Of a DNA stretch of 64,000 nucleotides, positions 1 to 9,459 are shown piece after piece. This DNA comes from Spirochaetia bacterium. Its GTDB lineage: Bacteria; Spirochaetota; Spirochaetia; SZUA-6; Bin103. How positions within the stretch are numbered: position 1 is the stretch's first letter; each line of letters opens with the position of its first letter. The notes under the pieces were generated by a model that was not told the DNA's origin, ran no database searches, and was given only the letters and a program-made list of their open reading frames with translations. Location of the stretch: contig CBDBOV010000006.1 of the NCBI GenBank assembly GCA_965208575.1, positions 448,001 through 512,000 on the forward strand, given 5' to 3'. The position numbers and the translations under genes are program-made.

Positions 1-207
1 CACGCGGGCGAACTTCTGGGCCAGGAAGTTCATCTCGTTGGTCGCCTTCGAGCAACTGAACAGCCCGAACGACCGGGTCGGGCCGCGCTTCCTGGCGGCG
101 TCGATGCCGTGCGCCGCGCGCTGCAGCGCCTCGTCCCAGGTGGCCGGGCGAAGCGCGCCGCCGCTGCGCACCAACGGTTCGGTGAGTCGCGTGTAAGAAT
201 TTCTCAT
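1..207 (-). CDS. molybdopterin-dependent oxidoreductase (formate dehydrogenase alpha-like), N-terminal part; runs off the window
   Basis: Manual translation from ATG at 207: MRNSYTRLTEPLVRSGGALRPATWDEALQRAA...FGLFSCSKATNEMNFLAQKFARV, matching the RLTxPL/WDEAL/TNE..QKFAR pattern; GAGGAAGG RBS upstream. Confidence 0.75.
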   Translation of the reverse strand, partial: MRNSYTRLTEPLVRSGGALRPATWDEALQRAAHGIDAARKRGPTRSFGLFSCSKATNEMNFLAQKFARV

Positions 208-436
208 GATCCTTCCTCGTGTGTGGCCGCGCCGGTACAACGGTCCACCGCGACGCGGCCCAGTCTACTCACCTACGCGGCGGCGGTCCACCGGAATCCC
301 GCCAATGTGCCAGGCGCCCGTTGACGTGGCCGTCCTGTCGCCGGCACCGCCAAGCGCCTGATCATCCTGCCTGCCGCGCGCATGTGGCCAAGGCCGGTAC
401 GGGGCCCGCGAGCGCCGTCGCCGGACAGTCCGCTTC

Positions 437-1696
437 CTACTCTCGCCAGGGCACGATCTGCCCATCAGCCGCGCAGACCGGCTCGTACTCGCTTTCCTGA
501 CAAACAGCGATGCCGGCGGCGCGGGCCCGATCCGACGCGGGCCGGCTGAGTAGCAGCGATTCCAGAGCCAGGGTGTTGCGGATGCGGACCACGGCCGCGG
601 CGTGCGCGGTGGCGCCGCAGGTGTGGATGGCCCAGCGCAGCGCCTCGGCGTCGTCGGCGGCCACCAGCGGCATGCGGCCGCGTTCCAGGAAGGTGCTGGT
701 GAGCACGTTGGCGTTGGTCACCTCGTGGTCCACCTGCCGTTCGAAGCGGCGGGTGGTGACGTCGGCGAGGCCGATGCCGAGCGCGTTGCCGTGCGATGCC
801 TCGGTCAGGCCGAGCACGACGATGCGGCGCACCCGCGGCGACGCCGGCTCGGCGACGCCGGCGATGCCGATGCGGCCCACCACGTTGGTGTCCATGCCGG
901 TGCCGCTGATCTCCTTGCCGATCTCGTCCAGCACCAGCACGTCGATCTCGTCCAGCGGCAGGGTGGCCATGTTGCCGCGCGCCAGCGCCAGGCACTGCGC
1001 CTCGCACGCCGGAATGTCGGCGGCGCGCGCGGCGCGCACCGCGGCGGTCTGCTCGCGGCCGTCCTCCACCAGCGCCACGCCGCCGAGCAGCTTGCCGGAC
1101 GCACGCACCACGTCGAACGCCGGCCGGATCAGGTGCGCCAGCCCGTACACGCCGTGAAAGTGGATCGCCTCGGCGCCGAGGCGCTTGCCGAGCCCGATCA
1201 CCGCCATCTTGATCAGGCCGCTCTCCACCGGCCCGTGGAAGTCGGTGTGCGGCTTGACCCGGTTCACCACCAGCACGGCGTCCGCCTCACAGGCGTTGCG
1301 GTCCATGAACACGCGCACCGGCGGATCGCCGGCGGCGCCCAGTTCCACCGCCTCCATGGTAGCGCGCACCGGCACCCCCATCGAGTCGGACGTAATTCCC
1401 CAGCCGGCCAGCACTTCGCGCTGCCCCTCGGCGGTGGCGCCGCCGTGGCTGCCCATCGCCGGCACGATGAACGGCTGTGCCCCGTGCCGGCGCAGCCAGT
1501 CGACGATGCGGCGCGCCACCAGGGCATAGTTGGCCACCCCGCGGCTGCCCAGGCCCACCGCGATCCTGCGCCCCGCCACCTCGCCGGAACCAAAGGTATC
1601 GGTCAGCGCCCCCTGCACCGCCGCGCCCACGTCCGCAAGGGCGGCGCTCGGCACCTCGCGGCGGAACCGCGCCAGGTGTGGCAACTCAGATTTCAT
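437..1696 (-). CDS. lactate racemase (LarA/DUF2088)-like domain protein
   Basis: Motifs GLGSRGV, PAMGSHGGATAEGQ, NRVKPHTDF, GKEISGTGMDTNVVGR, SHGNALGIGLAD. Confidence 0.75.
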   Translation of the reverse strand: MKSELPHLARFRREVPSAALADVGAAVQGALTDTFGSGEVAGRRIAVGLGSRGVANYALVARRIVDWLRRHGAQPFIVPAMGSHGGATAEGQREVLAGWGITSDSMGVPVRATMEAVELGAAGDPPVRVFMDRNACEADAVLVVNRVKPHTDFHGPVESGLIKMAVIGLGKRLGAEAIHFHGVYGLAHLIRPAFDVVRASGKLLGGVALVEDGREQTAAVRAARAADIPACEAQCLALARGNMATLPLDEIDVLVLDEIGKEISGTGMDTNVVGRIGIAGVAEPASPRVRRIVVLGLTEASHGNALGIGLADVTTRRFERQVDHEVTNANVLTSTFLERGRMPLVAADDAEALRWAIHTCGATAHAAAVVRIRNTLALESLLLSRPASDRARAAGIAVCQESEYEPVCAADGQIVPWRE

Positions 1697-1778
1697 CGAA
1701 ACTCCATCTTAGCCGTCATGTAACCACTCGTATCGAATCATTGCGTGAGTCAGGCTGGCGGCAAACGAGTTCAACACG

Positions 1779-2264
1779 CTATCCATACATCCGCTGATCC
1801 ACGTAGATCCGATTGATCCATATCCCGTTCAAATGGTCGAAATCGCCGTCCGTGGAAACCAGTGTGGTCTGGGTCACATGCGAAGTTGCAGCAATCCATA
1901 GATCGTTCTGACTCATTGAAACAGCGGGTTTCGGAGGAGGTGTATCGTGAGGTGAAGCAACGACCTTACCGTGCGTCCACGCATCGATTCGTGCATAAGC
2001 GTCTATAATAGGATCCCGGTTGATGTCGATGGTTGGAAATCTATCGAGGACATCTTCAAGTCGACTTCTCGACTCTGCCCCCCATCCTCGCTTCTCTGCA
2101 AGTGCGAGAATCTCACCCCGGCAGATCACAGAGGTAAAGACCACCGTTTCCGAGTCATCAAACCCGAACTCTGCATTTGCCCACCCGGCCCACTTCGCCT
2201 GTCGGCTGAATCCGAGTAGCATATTGGTATCCAAAAGAAAGCGCTTCATCCACAATCGGTTCAA
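1779..2264 (-). CDS. PIN-domain (VapC-like) ribonuclease toxin
   Basis: FLLDTN, SVICRGEI, QNDLWIAA, LVSTDGDF; start overlaps the upstream gene's stop. Confidence 0.85.
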   Translation of the reverse strand: MNRLWMKRFLLDTNMLLGFSRQAKWAGWANAEFGFDDSETVVFTSVICRGEILALAEKRGWGAESRSRLEDVLDRFPTIDINRDPIIDAYARIDAWTHGKVVASPHDTPPPKPAVSMSQNDLWIAATSHVTQTTLVSTDGDFDHLNGIWINRIYVDQRMYG

Positions 2265-3208
2265 TCAAGCTGGGCCAGGAGCTCTTCCATTGGTTCATCT
2301 CCTGGCCATGTGTCCGAGAGGTCCATCGGTTTGGCCGCACGGTCGATACGCTCAGTGCCCGAGGACAGGGTGTGAGTACCAGAATCCCTCGCGAATGGCA
2401 ACTCTTCGAAGATTCGATCGCCTTCCTGGTAGCTGCTGATCTTGTAGGCCTCAATCAGTCGCGGATGACCACTAGCTTTGAAATGCACCAATCCCTGAAC
2501 AGTGGTCTGCCGGCCCCACAGTCTCCGCAACGCCTCTACGCTAAGCGAACCAGTGTCCAGCTTTCCCAGAATCCGCGAGCCCGGGTCAACACAAAGAAGA
2601 AAGCGCCCGTTGCTGTGGCGGATCTCTTCAAGTCGACCACTCACTACCGACATCTTCGGTGAGGGTATGGTCTGAAGCCTCCGAGCTATGTGTGTGCATA
2701 CGTCGCCATCTATCACGAATCCCTGTCGTGCGGAATCCCGAGGCTCCATCTCGTATACCGTGCCATTGGAATTATCTGCCCTTGAGAATCTGAGAAACGC
2801 TTCGAGTACCGCGCTGTCAAAGTAGTCACCTACTGGATTGCTAGCAAGAACCTCCGCAATTGCCCGAGAAACTAGATCCAGTGCCGTATCCGTAGGTTGT
2901 ACGGCTGGCCGCCGCGACCACAGCTCCTGTTGAGCAAGCAGAACGCCAGCCGTATCGCCGATTTGTGGTGCTTCTATGTCAAGTATCGTGGATCCGGGTC
3001 TCTGGCCGGTCACCACGAAGTCCACGGTTGCATCAAGCCATGCGGGGATACTTCCTCGTCTGGAACCGCTACCAGTCGCGAGTAGATTCGTGACTCGTTC
3101 TGCCGATCTCAGGAGCCCATCAATGACGCGTACGAGACTCTTTGCCCTGATTTGGCCGTGATCCTCTCGCGGCCCGCTGACGCGAAACTGATAGTTGCAG
3201 GTCCTCAT
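2261..3208 (-). CDS. hypothetical protein coupled to the PIN gene (alternative start at 3526)
   Basis: AGGAG RBS before ATG 3208; frame is open back to a second RBS+ATG at 3526; acidic C-terminus TWPGDEPMEELLAQLD; lower GC than flanks. Confidence 0.6.
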   Translation of the reverse strand: MRTCNYQFRVSGPREDHGQIRAKSLVRVIDGLLRSAERVTNLLATGSGSRRGSIPAWLDATVDFVVTGQRPGSTILDIEAPQIGDTAGVLLAQQELWSRRPAVQPTDTALDLVSRAIAEVLASNPVGDYFDSAVLEAFLRFSRADNSNGTVYEMEPRDSARQGFVIDGDVCTHIARRLQTIPSPKMSVVSGRLEEIRHSNGRFLLCVDPGSRILGKLDTGSLSVEALRRLWGRQTTVQGLVHFKASGHPRLIEAYKISSYQEGDRIFEELPFARDSGTHTLSSGTERIDRAAKPMDLSDTWPGDEPMEELLAQLD

Positions 3209-3587
3209 CCACTGACTCCTTAGCCCAGAAATGACTCGAATCCCATGTGCGGTGCGCAACAGGTCGGTGGCTTGGCGAATACTGCGGGGACGCTCTGCTT
3301 GGCACTGCGAAGAAGAGCGCCCGACCCGAGTCCCGACAAGCAGCCCAACTCCGGCGCGTCGGTGCGTGTTACCGCCCGAGTGCCCCAAAGAGCGACTTGC
3401 CATCGCCATAAGGTCATACAGCCGAGGATCGCATCCGTCAACTTCGACGGCTGTGGGGACGCGTCGGTAGCGCTGTGGGCACACCGATGGGGCCGTGCAT
3501 GGTGTGCCGGACCAAGTAATACGCATGATCTCCTCCCTTCGGCTCCAAGGGATGCTTCTGGCACAATCGCACTGAATTCCACCAGTC

Positions 3588-4628
3588 CTACGATTCGGCG
3601 CCGATTACGCGTACTTCGCGCTCGAGCCGGACGGCGAAGCGGTCCATCACCGCCTGCTCGACGGCGGTGGCGGCGGACAGCAGGTCGGCGCCGGTGGCGC
3701 CGCCGTGGTTGACCAGCACCAGGGCGTGGCGTTCGGCCACTCCTGCGTGCCCGAAGCGGCGGCCGCGCAGGCCGCACGCCTCGATCAACTGCGCCGCCGG
3801 CACCTTGACGCCGCCCGCCACCGTCACGCCGGAAATGCGCGGCCAGCGCTCCCTGACCAGGGCGTAACGGTCGGGAGCCAGTACCGGGTTCTTGAAGAAG
3901 GAACCGGCGTTGGGCAGCGTGTCGGGATCGGGCAGCTTGCGGCGGCGCAGGCGGACGATCGCCCGGCTCACGTCGGCTACGGCGGGTTCGGTGACCTTCA
4001 TCTGCGCGAGTTCCTCGCGCACGCCAGCATACTCCAGGTTCACCCGCGGTTGCCTGGTCAGGCGCAGCCGCACGCGGGTGATCAGCATGCGGTCGTGCAG
4101 AGCGTGCTTGAACACGCTGTCGCGGTAACCGAACGCGCACGCGGCGGCGTCCATGGTGCGCGGCTCGCCGCCGGCCAGCGGCACCGCCTCCAGGTCGACG
4201 AACACGTCGGAGAGTTGGGCGCCGTACGCGCCGATGTTCTGGATCGGCGCCGCACCCACGGAGCCGGGAATCAGGCTGAGGTTCTCGATGCCGCCCCAGC
4301 CGCGCGCCACGGCGAACTCAACCAGCCGGTGCCAGTCCTGACCGGCGCACGCCGTGACGGTGACCGATTCGCCGTCCGCCCGCACGGCGAGGCCGGCCGC
4401 CTGCGGCGTGATCACGACACCGGGGTAGTGGCCGGCGAACAGGACGTTGCTGCCGCCGCCGAGCACCATGCGCGGCAGGCCGTGGAAACGCGGGTCTGCC
4501 AGCAGGTCAGCCAGCTCGCGCGCCACCTGCTCGGAGGCGGCGCTGCCGATGCGCACCAGGTAGCGCGCCGTTGCCGCTACCCGCAGCGTGTTGCAGGCGG
4601 CCAGGGAGGCGTTGGCCTCGACCCGCAC
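3588..4628 (-). CDS. murB: UDP-N-acetylmuramate dehydrogenase
   Basis: LGGGSNVLF, GIENLSLIPGSVGAAPIQNIGAYG, FGYRDSVFK, PNAGSFFKNP, HALVLVN; GTG start inferred. Confidence 0.95.
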   Translation of the reverse strand: MRVEANASLAACNTLRVAATARYLVRIGSAASEQVARELADLLADPRFHGLPRMVLGGGSNVLFAGHYPGVVITPQAAGLAVRADGESVTVTACAGQDWHRLVEFAVARGWGGIENLSLIPGSVGAAPIQNIGAYGAQLSDVFVDLEAVPLAGGEPRTMDAAACAFGYRDSVFKHALHDRMLITRVRLRLTRQPRVNLEYAGVREELAQMKVTEPAVADVSRAIVRLRRRKLPDPDTLPNAGSFFKNPVLAPDRYALVRERWPRISGVTVAGGVKVPAAQLIEACGLRGRRFGHAGVAERHALVLVNHGGATGADLLSAATAVEQAVMDRFAVRLEREVRVIGAES

Positions 4629-4651
4629 GGCTCTCGGGGCGCGCCGCCCCG

Positions 4652-5539
4652 CTACTCCGGAGCGCCGTTCATGCGCGCCAGCACCTTGTACAGGCCGTGG
4701 GTGCCCAGGTCCTCCAGGCCGTCGGCGATGGCGGCGACGTAGAACTGGTGCGCCAGCGCCAGTCCCGGCAACGCCAGGTTCATGGCGCGCGCCTCGGCGA
4801 GCGCGATGCCCATGTCCTTGACGAAGTGCTTGATGAAGAAGCCGGGGTCGAAGTTGCCCTGCACGATGCGGCGGCCGAGGTTGTTGATCGACCAGCACGC
4901 CGCCGCGCCCTTGCCGATCACGTCGATGATCTCGTCCTGGTCGAGCCCCGCCTGCTGGCCGTACAGCAGCGACTCCACTACCCCGATCATGGTGGAGGCG
5001 ATCAGGATCTGGTTGCTCATCTTGGTGTGCTGGCCTGCTCCGGCGGGACCCATCAAGGCGATGTTCTCGCCCATCACGTCGAACAACGGCCTGGCGCGAT
5101 CGAAGTCGGCCTGCGCGCCGCCGGCCATGATCGCCAGCGTGCCGCCGCGCGCGCCCACGTCACCGCCCGAAACCGGCGCGTCCAGGGCGGCGCACCCGCG
5201 GTCGGCCGCCGCCGCGGCGATGCGCTTGGCAAGCGACGGTTCCGAAGTCGTCATGTCGATCAGCAGCGTTCCCGGCGCCGCGCTGTCCAGGATCGCGCCG
5301 TCGCCGAGGAACACCTGTTCCACGTCGCTGGGGTAGCCGACGATGGCGAACACCACGTCGGAGCGCGCGGCCACTTCGCCCGGACTGTCGCACCAGGCGG
5401 CACCCGCGGCCTCCAGGTCGGCGGCCCGCGCACGGGTGCGCGTGTACACCGCCACCTCGTAGCCTGCCTTGAGAACATGCAGGCACATGGAGCGTCCCAT
5501 CACCCCGGTGCCGACCCATCCGATCCTGCGATCCGCCAT
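4652..5539 (-). CDS. NAD(P)-dependent beta-hydroxyacid dehydrogenase (3-hydroxyisobutyrate dehydrogenase family)
   Basis: IGWVGTGVMG, LDAPVSGGDVGA, GAGQHTKMSNQ, HFVKDM. Confidence 0.92.
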   Translation of the reverse strand: MADRRIGWVGTGVMGRSMCLHVLKAGYEVAVYTRTRARAADLEAAGAAWCDSPGEVAARSDVVFAIVGYPSDVEQVFLGDGAILDSAAPGTLLIDMTTSEPSLAKRIAAAAADRGCAALDAPVSGGDVGARGGTLAIMAGGAQADFDRARPLFDVMGENIALMGPAGAGQHTKMSNQILIASTMIGVVESLLYGQQAGLDQDEIIDVIGKGAAACWSINNLGRRIVQGNFDPGFFIKHFVKDMGIALAEARAMNLALPGLALAHQFYVAAIADGLEDLGTHGLYKVLARMNGAPE

Positions 5540-5786
5540 CCTCTACTACCTCGTCATTTGCACGTTCTTGCGTGGGTGGCCGGCTGTCGCCGCCACGCCG
5601 ATTCCGCTGCCCGGAGTATCCCGACGCCCACTATCCCGGTCAAGCGCGCGGCAACCCGGCCGTCAATGGCGTGGTTGATCTGCCGGAAGGCTTGCCCAGG
5701 CCATTGCGCGGCGCGGATTCGGACAGGCGGCAGCGCTCTACCGTGGCGGTGCTTGCCCAGGTGCCGCGGGCCGCGCACCATAGCGC

Positions 5787-6971
5787 ATGCCCCCTACCCC
5801 TGCTCGGCAACGGTTCGGCCAGTCGGCGCGGCTGGCCCAGGTTCAACCGCCGGTGATCCCGATCATTCATGGCCTGATTCGCGAGCATCCGGACACCATC
5901 ACCCTGGGACAGGGAGTGGTGTACTACGGTCCGCCTGCGGAGACCGAGGCGGCGCTGCGCGACTTCTGGGGCGCGCCGGCCAACCACCGCTACGGCGCGG
6001 TGTGGGGCATTCCGCCCCTGCGCGAGGCGCTGGCCGCCAAGCTGCAGGCCGAAAACGGCATCCGGATCGGCGACGACCGGCAACTGGTGGTAACGGCCGG
6101 CGGCAACATGGCGTTCGTCAACGCGCTGCTCGCCATCGCCGACGCCGGCGACGAGGTCATCCTGATCAGCCCCTACTACTTCAACCACGAGATGGCGGTG
6201 GCGATGGCCAACTGCACGCCGGTGGCGGTGGCGTCCGACGACGGCTACCAACTCGACGTGCGCGCCATCGAGGAAGCGATCACCGACCGCACGCGCGCGG
6301 TGGTGACCATCTCGCCCAACAATCCCACCGGGGCGGTGTACCCTCGCGAAGACCTGCACGCCGTCAACGAATTGTGCGCCGGGCGCGGCATCTACCACGT
6401 CCACGACGAGGCGTACGAGTACTTCACCTACGGCGGACACGCGCACTTCTCGCCCGGCTCCCTGCCGCGGGCGGAAGAGCACACCATCTCGCTGTTCTCG
6501 CTGTCCAAGAGCTACGGCTTCGCGAGCTGGCGCATCGGCTACATGACCATTCCGGCGGCACTGTACGACGCGGTCGCGAAGATCCAGGACACCGTGCTGA
6601 TCTGTCCGCCGCTGGTGAGCCAGGTGGCGGCGCTGGGGGCGCTGCAGGCAGGGCGTGCGTACTGCCTGGCACGGCGCGCACAGATCGAGCAGGTGCGTGC
6701 GACGGCGTTGCGGACGCTGGCCCGGCTGGGCGACCGGTGCGCACCGGTGTGCGCGGACGGAGCGTTCTACGTGCTGCTGCGCCTGCGCCATCCCGGCGAC
6801 CCGATGGAGATGGTACGGCGCCTGGTGACCGAGCACCGGGTGGCGGTCCTGCCCGGCACGGCGTTCGGCCTGGCCGGCTGCTCGCTGCGCATCGGCTACG
6901 GCGCGCTCACGCCACGCGACGCAGGGGAGGGGATCGAGCGCCTGGTGGCAGGCATTCTGGCGCTCACCTGA
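5787..6971 (+). CDS. class I/II PLP-dependent aminotransferase
   Basis: TAGGNMA, ISPNNPTG, HDEAYEYF, SLSKSYGFASWRIGY. Confidence 0.92.
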   Translation: MPPTPARQRFGQSARLAQVQPPVIPIIHGLIREHPDTITLGQGVVYYGPPAETEAALRDFWGAPANHRYGAVWGIPPLREALAAKLQAENGIRIGDDRQLVVTAGGNMAFVNALLAIADAGDEVILISPYYFNHEMAVAMANCTPVAVASDDGYQLDVRAIEEAITDRTRAVVTISPNNPTGAVYPREDLHAVNELCAGRGIYHVHDEAYEYFTYGGHAHFSPGSLPRAEEHTISLFSLSKSYGFASWRIGYMTIPAALYDAVAKIQDTVLICPPLVSQVAALGALQAGRAYCLARRAQIEQVRATALRTLARLGDRCAPVCADGAFYVLLRLRHPGDPMEMVRRLVTEHRVAVLPGTAFGLAGCSLRIGYGALTPRDAGEGIERLVAGILALT

Positions 6972-7166
6972 AGGCACCTGAAGGGCGCGGCAAGCGCCGG
7001 AAAGCATGCCGGCCGCCTGCCGCGCGCCGGCGCCGCGCGCTGGCCGGCGGCCCACGCGCGAGGACGCCTCCCGAGGCCGGCGGCCTGGCATCGCGCCGTA
7101 CGGGCCGGGTGCGCCGCTGCGGAGCAGCGAGACCCGGCGGGCGCGCGCGGCGCCGCTCCGGCGTCC

Positions 7167-7200
7167 GGGCGGGGCGGGGCGGGGCGGGGCGGGGCGGGGC
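7167..7200. repeat. (GGGGC)6 pentanucleotide tract between convergent genes
   Basis: gggc followed by ggggc x6, read directly. Confidence 0.9.
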
Positions 7201-7206
7201 GAGAGA

Positions 7207-8301
7207 CTACTCGCCGACGGCAGGGGCGGCCACGCGCGCCGCGCGGGCCATCTGCGCCGCGCACAGGATCGCCTGGATCATGCTGGCCTCCGACGCCAGC
7301 CCGGTGCCGGCGACGTCGAAGGCGGTGCCGTGGTCGACCGAGACGCGGATTACCGGAATGCCGAGCGTCACGTTGACGCCGTCCACCGCGCTCCAGGCGC
7401 CGGCGGCGTTGTCCCAGGTGAAGCCCACCACCTTCAGCGGAATGTGCCCCTGGTCGTGGTACATCGCCACCACCAGGTCGTAGTAGCCGCCGTTGGCCTT
7501 CGGAAACAGCGTGTCAGCCGGCAACGGCCCCTCCACGATCAACCCGGCGGCGCGCGCCGCTTCGACGGCCGGCACGATCTGGGTGCGCTCCTCGCTGCCG
7601 AACAGGCCGCCGTCGCCGGCGTGCGGGTTGAGGCCCGCCACCCCGATACGCGGCGCAGCGATACCGAGCCGGCGGCCGGCCTCGTGCGCCAGGCGGATCA
7701 CCGTCTCGACGCGCTGCCGGGTAACGCGCTCGCACGCCTCGCGCAGCGACACGTGGGTGGACACGTGCACCACGCGCAGGGCGCCGGCCATCAACAGCAT
7801 GGCGTAGTCGCGGGTGCCGGTGAGGTGGGCGTAGATCTCGGTCTGGCCGGCGAAGCGGTAACCGGCGAGGTTGAGCGCCTCCTTGTGAATCGGCCCGGTT
7901 ACCGTGGCCGCGGCGGTACCGGCGAGCGCAAGCTGCACGGCGCGCGCGATCGCCTGGTAGCCGGCCGCGCCCGACGCCGCGGACACCTCGCCGCGGGGCA
8001 GCTCCGCCAACGGCGCCGCTTCGCTCTCGGCCACGTTCAGGAAGCGCGCTCCCCACCGGGCGGCGCCGGGATCGGTGAACGGCACGACGCGCGCGGCACT
8101 GCCGACGATGCGGGCCGCGTCGGAGAATACCTCGGCCGAGCCCACCAGCAACGGCCGGCAAGCCCGCCGTACCCGTTCGTCCGCCAGTGCCGTGACCGCG
8201 ATCTCGGGCCCGACGCCGGCCGGATCGCCCATCGTGATCGCCACCAGCGGCGGCGCCCCCTGCCCGGTCCCGGCCACGGTTGCGTCCGTCGCCTGCTTCA
8301 C
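7207..8301 (-). CDS. pdxA: 4-hydroxythreonine-4-phosphate dehydrogenase (PdxA/PdxA2 family)
   Basis: ITMGDPAGVGPEI, TGPIHKE, GLNPHAG, AMYHDQGHIP, RVSVDHGTAFD. Confidence 0.9.
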   Translation of the reverse strand: MKQATDATVAGTGQGAPPLVAITMGDPAGVGPEIAVTALADERVRRACRPLLVGSAEVFSDAARIVGSAARVVPFTDPGAARWGARFLNVAESEAAPLAELPRGEVSAASGAAGYQAIARAVQLALAGTAAATVTGPIHKEALNLAGYRFAGQTEIYAHLTGTRDYAMLLMAGALRVVHVSTHVSLREACERVTRQRVETVIRLAHEAGRRLGIAAPRIGVAGLNPHAGDGGLFGSEERTQIVPAVEAARAAGLIVEGPLPADTLFPKANGGYYDLVVAMYHDQGHIPLKVVGFTWDNAAGAWSAVDGVNVTLGIPVIRVSVDHGTAFDVAGTGLASEASMIQAILCAAQMARAARVAAPAVGE

Positions 8302-8368
8302 GCCGCCTGCCCCACCTGCCGCGCCGGGTGACCGAGGCGGTCCCCGCCGGCCGCGCGCCGGGCGCGCA

Positions 8369-9451
8369 TCACTCGGCGGGCGCCAGCGGGGCCTGCCGCC
8401 GGCACTCCTCCATCACCCGCATCTGGGCCAACACCTGCTCCGGCGGCACCGGCAGCGGCCCCCCGCCACGGATGCAGGCGTGCAGATCGAGGTAGAATCC
8501 GGCTTCGCCCGGCCCGCCATCCGCTTCCCCGCTCGCCCAGCAATGCTCCACCCACTCCACCGTCTCCCGGTTGTAGCTGCGATCCGGGGTCGGCTCGGTG
8601 CTGAGCTTGCGTTCCGGCAGCGACGCCGGCTTCACGTAGCGCCAGCGCAGCGCCGAGCCGGAGCCGGTCAGACCGCCCTCCGTGCCCATCACCAGCCACT
8701 GCTCCTGCGGGAAGGCGCACGCCGCGGTAATCTCGATCTGCACGGTCGGCGCGCCCGGCGCGCGCAGCAGGATCAACACGTGGTCGTCGGCATCGCCGAG
8801 GGTGCGCACGCGGTCGCGCACGCAGGTCACCTCCGGCTCGGCATCGCCGAACAGCAGCAGTCCCATGTCGATCACGTGCGGACCGGTGTTGTTCATCGAA
8901 CCGCCGCCGAAGCGCTGCAGGGTCTGCCAGTCCCAGCGGCGCGCGAAGCCGTGGTGGGCGATGCGCACCATCACGATCCTGCCGAGCACCCCGGACGCGG
9001 CAACTTCGCGCACCTTGACGACATCGCCGCGGTAGCGGTAGTTCTGGAACACGGTAAGCCGCTTGCCGCTCGCGGCCGCCGCCGCGGTCATCCGCTCGGC
9101 GTCCGCCACGCTGGTGGCCATCGGTTTTTCGCACACCACGTGCTTGCCGGCGCGCAGGGCGGCAACGCTGTACTCGGCGTGCAGATGGCTCGGCACCGCC
9201 ACCACCACCACCTCGACGCCGGAATCGGCAATCAGCGCCGCGAAATCGGCGTGCGCGGAACAGCCGAACCGCTGCACGGCCTCGTTCCGCCGCTCCGGCA
9301 GCGGATCGTACACCGCGGCAACCCGGGCGTGCCCGGGCAGCCCCTCCATCAACCGCGCATGGATGCCCCACCCGCTGCGCCCGAGCCCGGCGACGCCAAC
9401 CCTCAGCTGCGATTCCACATGGTGACGATAACACGAATGAGCCGGTATCAT
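8369..9451 (-). CDS. Gfo/Idh/MocA oxidoreductase
   Basis: GVAGLGRSG, GKHVVCEKP, VFQNYR, GGSMNNTGPHVID. Confidence 0.9.
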   Translation of the reverse strand: MIPAHSCYRHHVESQLRVGVAGLGRSGWGIHARLMEGLPGHARVAAVYDPLPERRNEAVQRFGCSAHADFAALIADSGVEVVVVAVPSHLHAEYSVAALRAGKHVVCEKPMATSVADAERMTAAAAASGKRLTVFQNYRYRGDVVKVREVAASGVLGRIVMVRIAHHGFARRWDWQTLQRFGGGSMNNTGPHVIDMGLLLFGDAEPEVTCVRDRVRTLGDADDHVLILLRAPGAPTVQIEITAACAFPQEQWLVMGTEGGLTGSGSALRWRYVKPASLPERKLSTEPTPDRSYNRETVEWVEHCWASGEADGGPGEAGFYLDLHACIRGGGPLPVPPEQVLAQMRVMEECRRQAPLAPAE

Positions 9452-9459
9452 GTGCAGCG

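Noticed and set aside
1-207. Possible selenocysteine-containing formate dehydrogenase
   Set aside because: The diagnostic Cys/Sec codon would lie beyond the window edge, so it cannot be assessed.
4571-7483. Long alternative-frame ORFs such as 4571-7483, 18763-20781 and 24564-26435
   Set aside because: They are Arg/Ala/Pro-rich shadow frames overlapping well-supported genes, as expected at high GC.
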